A stretch of 64,000 nucleotides of DNA from Planctomycetota bacterium (lineage in GTDB: Bacteria; Planctomycetota; PLA2; JAEUHO01), in contig CBDCTJ010000007.1 in assembly GCA_965222115.1 (NCBI GenBank), positions 2,944,001 to 3,008,000 on the forward strand. The letters are read 5' to 3'. The notes beneath the pieces were generated by a model. That model did no database searches. It saw nothing but the letters and a program-made list of their open reading frames with translations, and had not been told where the DNA came from. A program made the position numbers and the translations under genes. Position 1 is the first letter of the stretch. Each line of letters begins with the position of its first letter. Below, in pieces: positions 62,402 through 64,000 of this stretch.

Positions 62402-63700
62402 CTAGAAGCTGCCCTCAACCTGGATCACGGGGGCAAAGATGAACAACCAGCGCGAGTCCCCATCGTCGGCGGGGTTCTCGCGACCGACGTCGGTGTCCAT
62501 GGCATGGACGTTGACACCGGCGCGGAGGCGCCAGTTCTCGGAGAAATTGTAGCCAATGCCCAACTCGCCATAGATGCCGAAGCCACTGTCGTCGTTGATG
62601 TAATCCTCAGTCCAGAAATACTCCGGTCCAAGACCCGCCCAGTAGAAGAAGTTGGTGTTCCCCAACGAGTTCTGCCATGTGGCTTTTACGCCGAGGTGAT
62701 AGAAGTCACCGCCGTCACGACCAATGGTCCCATTCGGATTGAGGCGATCGAAGCGTCCGCTGTTGGTTCGGAAAAACCCGTCCACGCCCCAGCAGGAGCA
62801 GCAGAGGTTTCGTCCGACATCCAACCCCCAGTAGCCGCAGTCGTCGGCAGCATCGTCGCCGCTAAATAGTGCCGCGCCGAAGACACCGCGAACGTGCCAC
62901 TGGGTTTGATTGTTCTCGCAGGGAAGTCCTGGGCCACAAAGGTCTAGGTTCCAGTCCGGGCCGCAGGTCCTGCAGACATCGCGCGTCTTACATGCGACGC
63001 TGGGTTCGGGCTGAGGCGCAGCCTGGACTTCGGTTCGAGTGGCGACGGGCTGTGTGACAACAGGTTGAATAGCGACCGGCTGAGGTGCGACATAGGTGTG
63101 TGTCACAGCCGGGGCGCATGGCGTCGATACGGCCACGGCACCTCCACACGGATCCGCGCAGGGCCCGGTCATGGCGATAACCGGTTCCCCACTTGGGGCG
63201 GCGTATGAGATGCCCGGCACGCTCGCGTCAACGTAGGGCGCGGTGGACGCGGATCCCACGCCAGTATAGCCGCCGCTCGCCGTGGCACCCTCCGTGTGGG
63301 TTCCAGCCGCGTACGAACCGGTAGACACACCTTCGCTCCCATACAAAGGTGTTCCGTTGCTCACCGCGCCTGATGGGGTCGTGACGCCCCCAGAGGCCAA
63401 CCCAGGAGGGGAGGCCAACCCAGGAGGCGTTGCCGTGCTCAGATAGTCTGACGCCGATGCTACGGCCCCTTCAGTTGCGTTTGCCGGAGCCGCAGGGCTA
63501 ACTGGGGATGCGGCGCCGGCCGTGGATGAGTAGTAGCCCGAGTCGGTGGCCGGAATGCTGCCGTCGATAGTGTCGTCGGAATCACTTCCGAAGATACCGC
63601 CACTAGACGGCATGGCGGGTGATACGGCACAGCTAGCCATTGAAACGGCGATCACGGCGCAAAAAACTGCCCATCCACTGAACTTTGATTGCAAGGACAT
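62402..63700 (-). CDS. lipoprotein-signal protein with low-complexity linker and C-terminal outer-membrane beta-barrel
   Basis: GGAGG RBS before ATG 63700, lipobox MASC, S/A/G/T/P-rich linker, alternating beta-strands ending QVEGSF. Confidence 0.7.
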   Translation of the reverse strand: MSLQSKFSGWAVFCAVIAVSMASCAVSPAMPSSGGIFGSDSDDTIDGSIPATDSGYYSSTAGAASPVSPAAPANATEGAVASASDYLSTATPPGLASPPGLASGGVTTPSGAVSNGTPLYGSEGVSTGSYAAGTHTEGATASGGYTGVGSASTAPYVDASVPGISYAAPSGEPVIAMTGPCADPCGGAVAVSTPCAPAVTHTYVAPQPVAIQPVVTQPVATRTEVQAAPQPEPSVACKTRDVCRTCGPDWNLDLCGPGLPCENNQTQWHVRGVFGAALFSGDDAADDCGYWGLDVGRNLCCSCWGVDGFFRTNSGRFDRLNPNGTIGRDGGDFYHLGVKATWQNSLGNTNFFYWAGLGPEYFWTEDYINDDSGFGIYGELGIGYNFSENWRLRAGVNVHAMDTDVGRENPADDGDSRWLFIFAPVIQVEGSF

Positions 63701-64000
63701 ACTGGCTCCTCCCAAGTAAGACGACAAATCGTCGCCTCCTTAAGGCACGGCTTCCAAGACGTGCTACCTAGTTGACAGGCCGTGCCGAATGCGACTCGTG
63801 CCGTCCATGACGGCAGACTACTAACTGACTCGCCTCCCTCAAAGATCGGCAATTCGATTTGGTGAAATAAAGGTCATATCGCGAGCCTAAGTGGGCATTC
63901 TGCGGTCACCGGCTTGTCAGCGGCTGGAGCGGCCTCTTTGCGATGTGGGGACCGAGGAACTCCCTATCCACGTTTAGACGTAAGAAGGGGATGGTGGCTG

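Overview
GC-rich bacterial chromosome segment, probably Planctomycetota (inferred from the EF-Tu effector sequence '[16 protein letters not shown]', a divergent str-operon EF-G and a squalene-oxidase-repeat protein). Positions 1-25 kb and 39.5-43.2 kb hold the minus-strand translation/transcription supercluster (tRNA-Gly, tRNA-Thr, tuf, rpmG, tRNA-Trp, secE, nusG, rplK ... rplAJL, rpoBC, rpsLG, rpsN, fusA, S10/spc genes, secY, adk). The cluster is rearranged: rplC and rpmD are absent from their usual slots, a Zn-free rpsN sits between rpsG and fusA, and rplK and rplA are separated by about 14.5 kb. That insert carries an ECF sigma / membrane anti-sigma / signal-peptide TPR-CHAT protease set, a serine hydrolase and a YiiX-like lipoprotein, a two-domain 12-Cys secreted protein operon with a MauE/DoxX gene, an IS1111-type IS110 element with a readable bridge/seekRNA inserted in a REP-like palindrome, and two copies of an unrecognised 115-nt structured element with five compensatory base-pair changes (the best novelty candidate). 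The right third has pyrE, a prenyltransferase-repeat protein, an S41-like protein lacking its catalytic Ser, phoBRU, ppx, pstSCAB and a lipoprotein-signal beta-barrel protein. All calls were made by eye; no database search was run.
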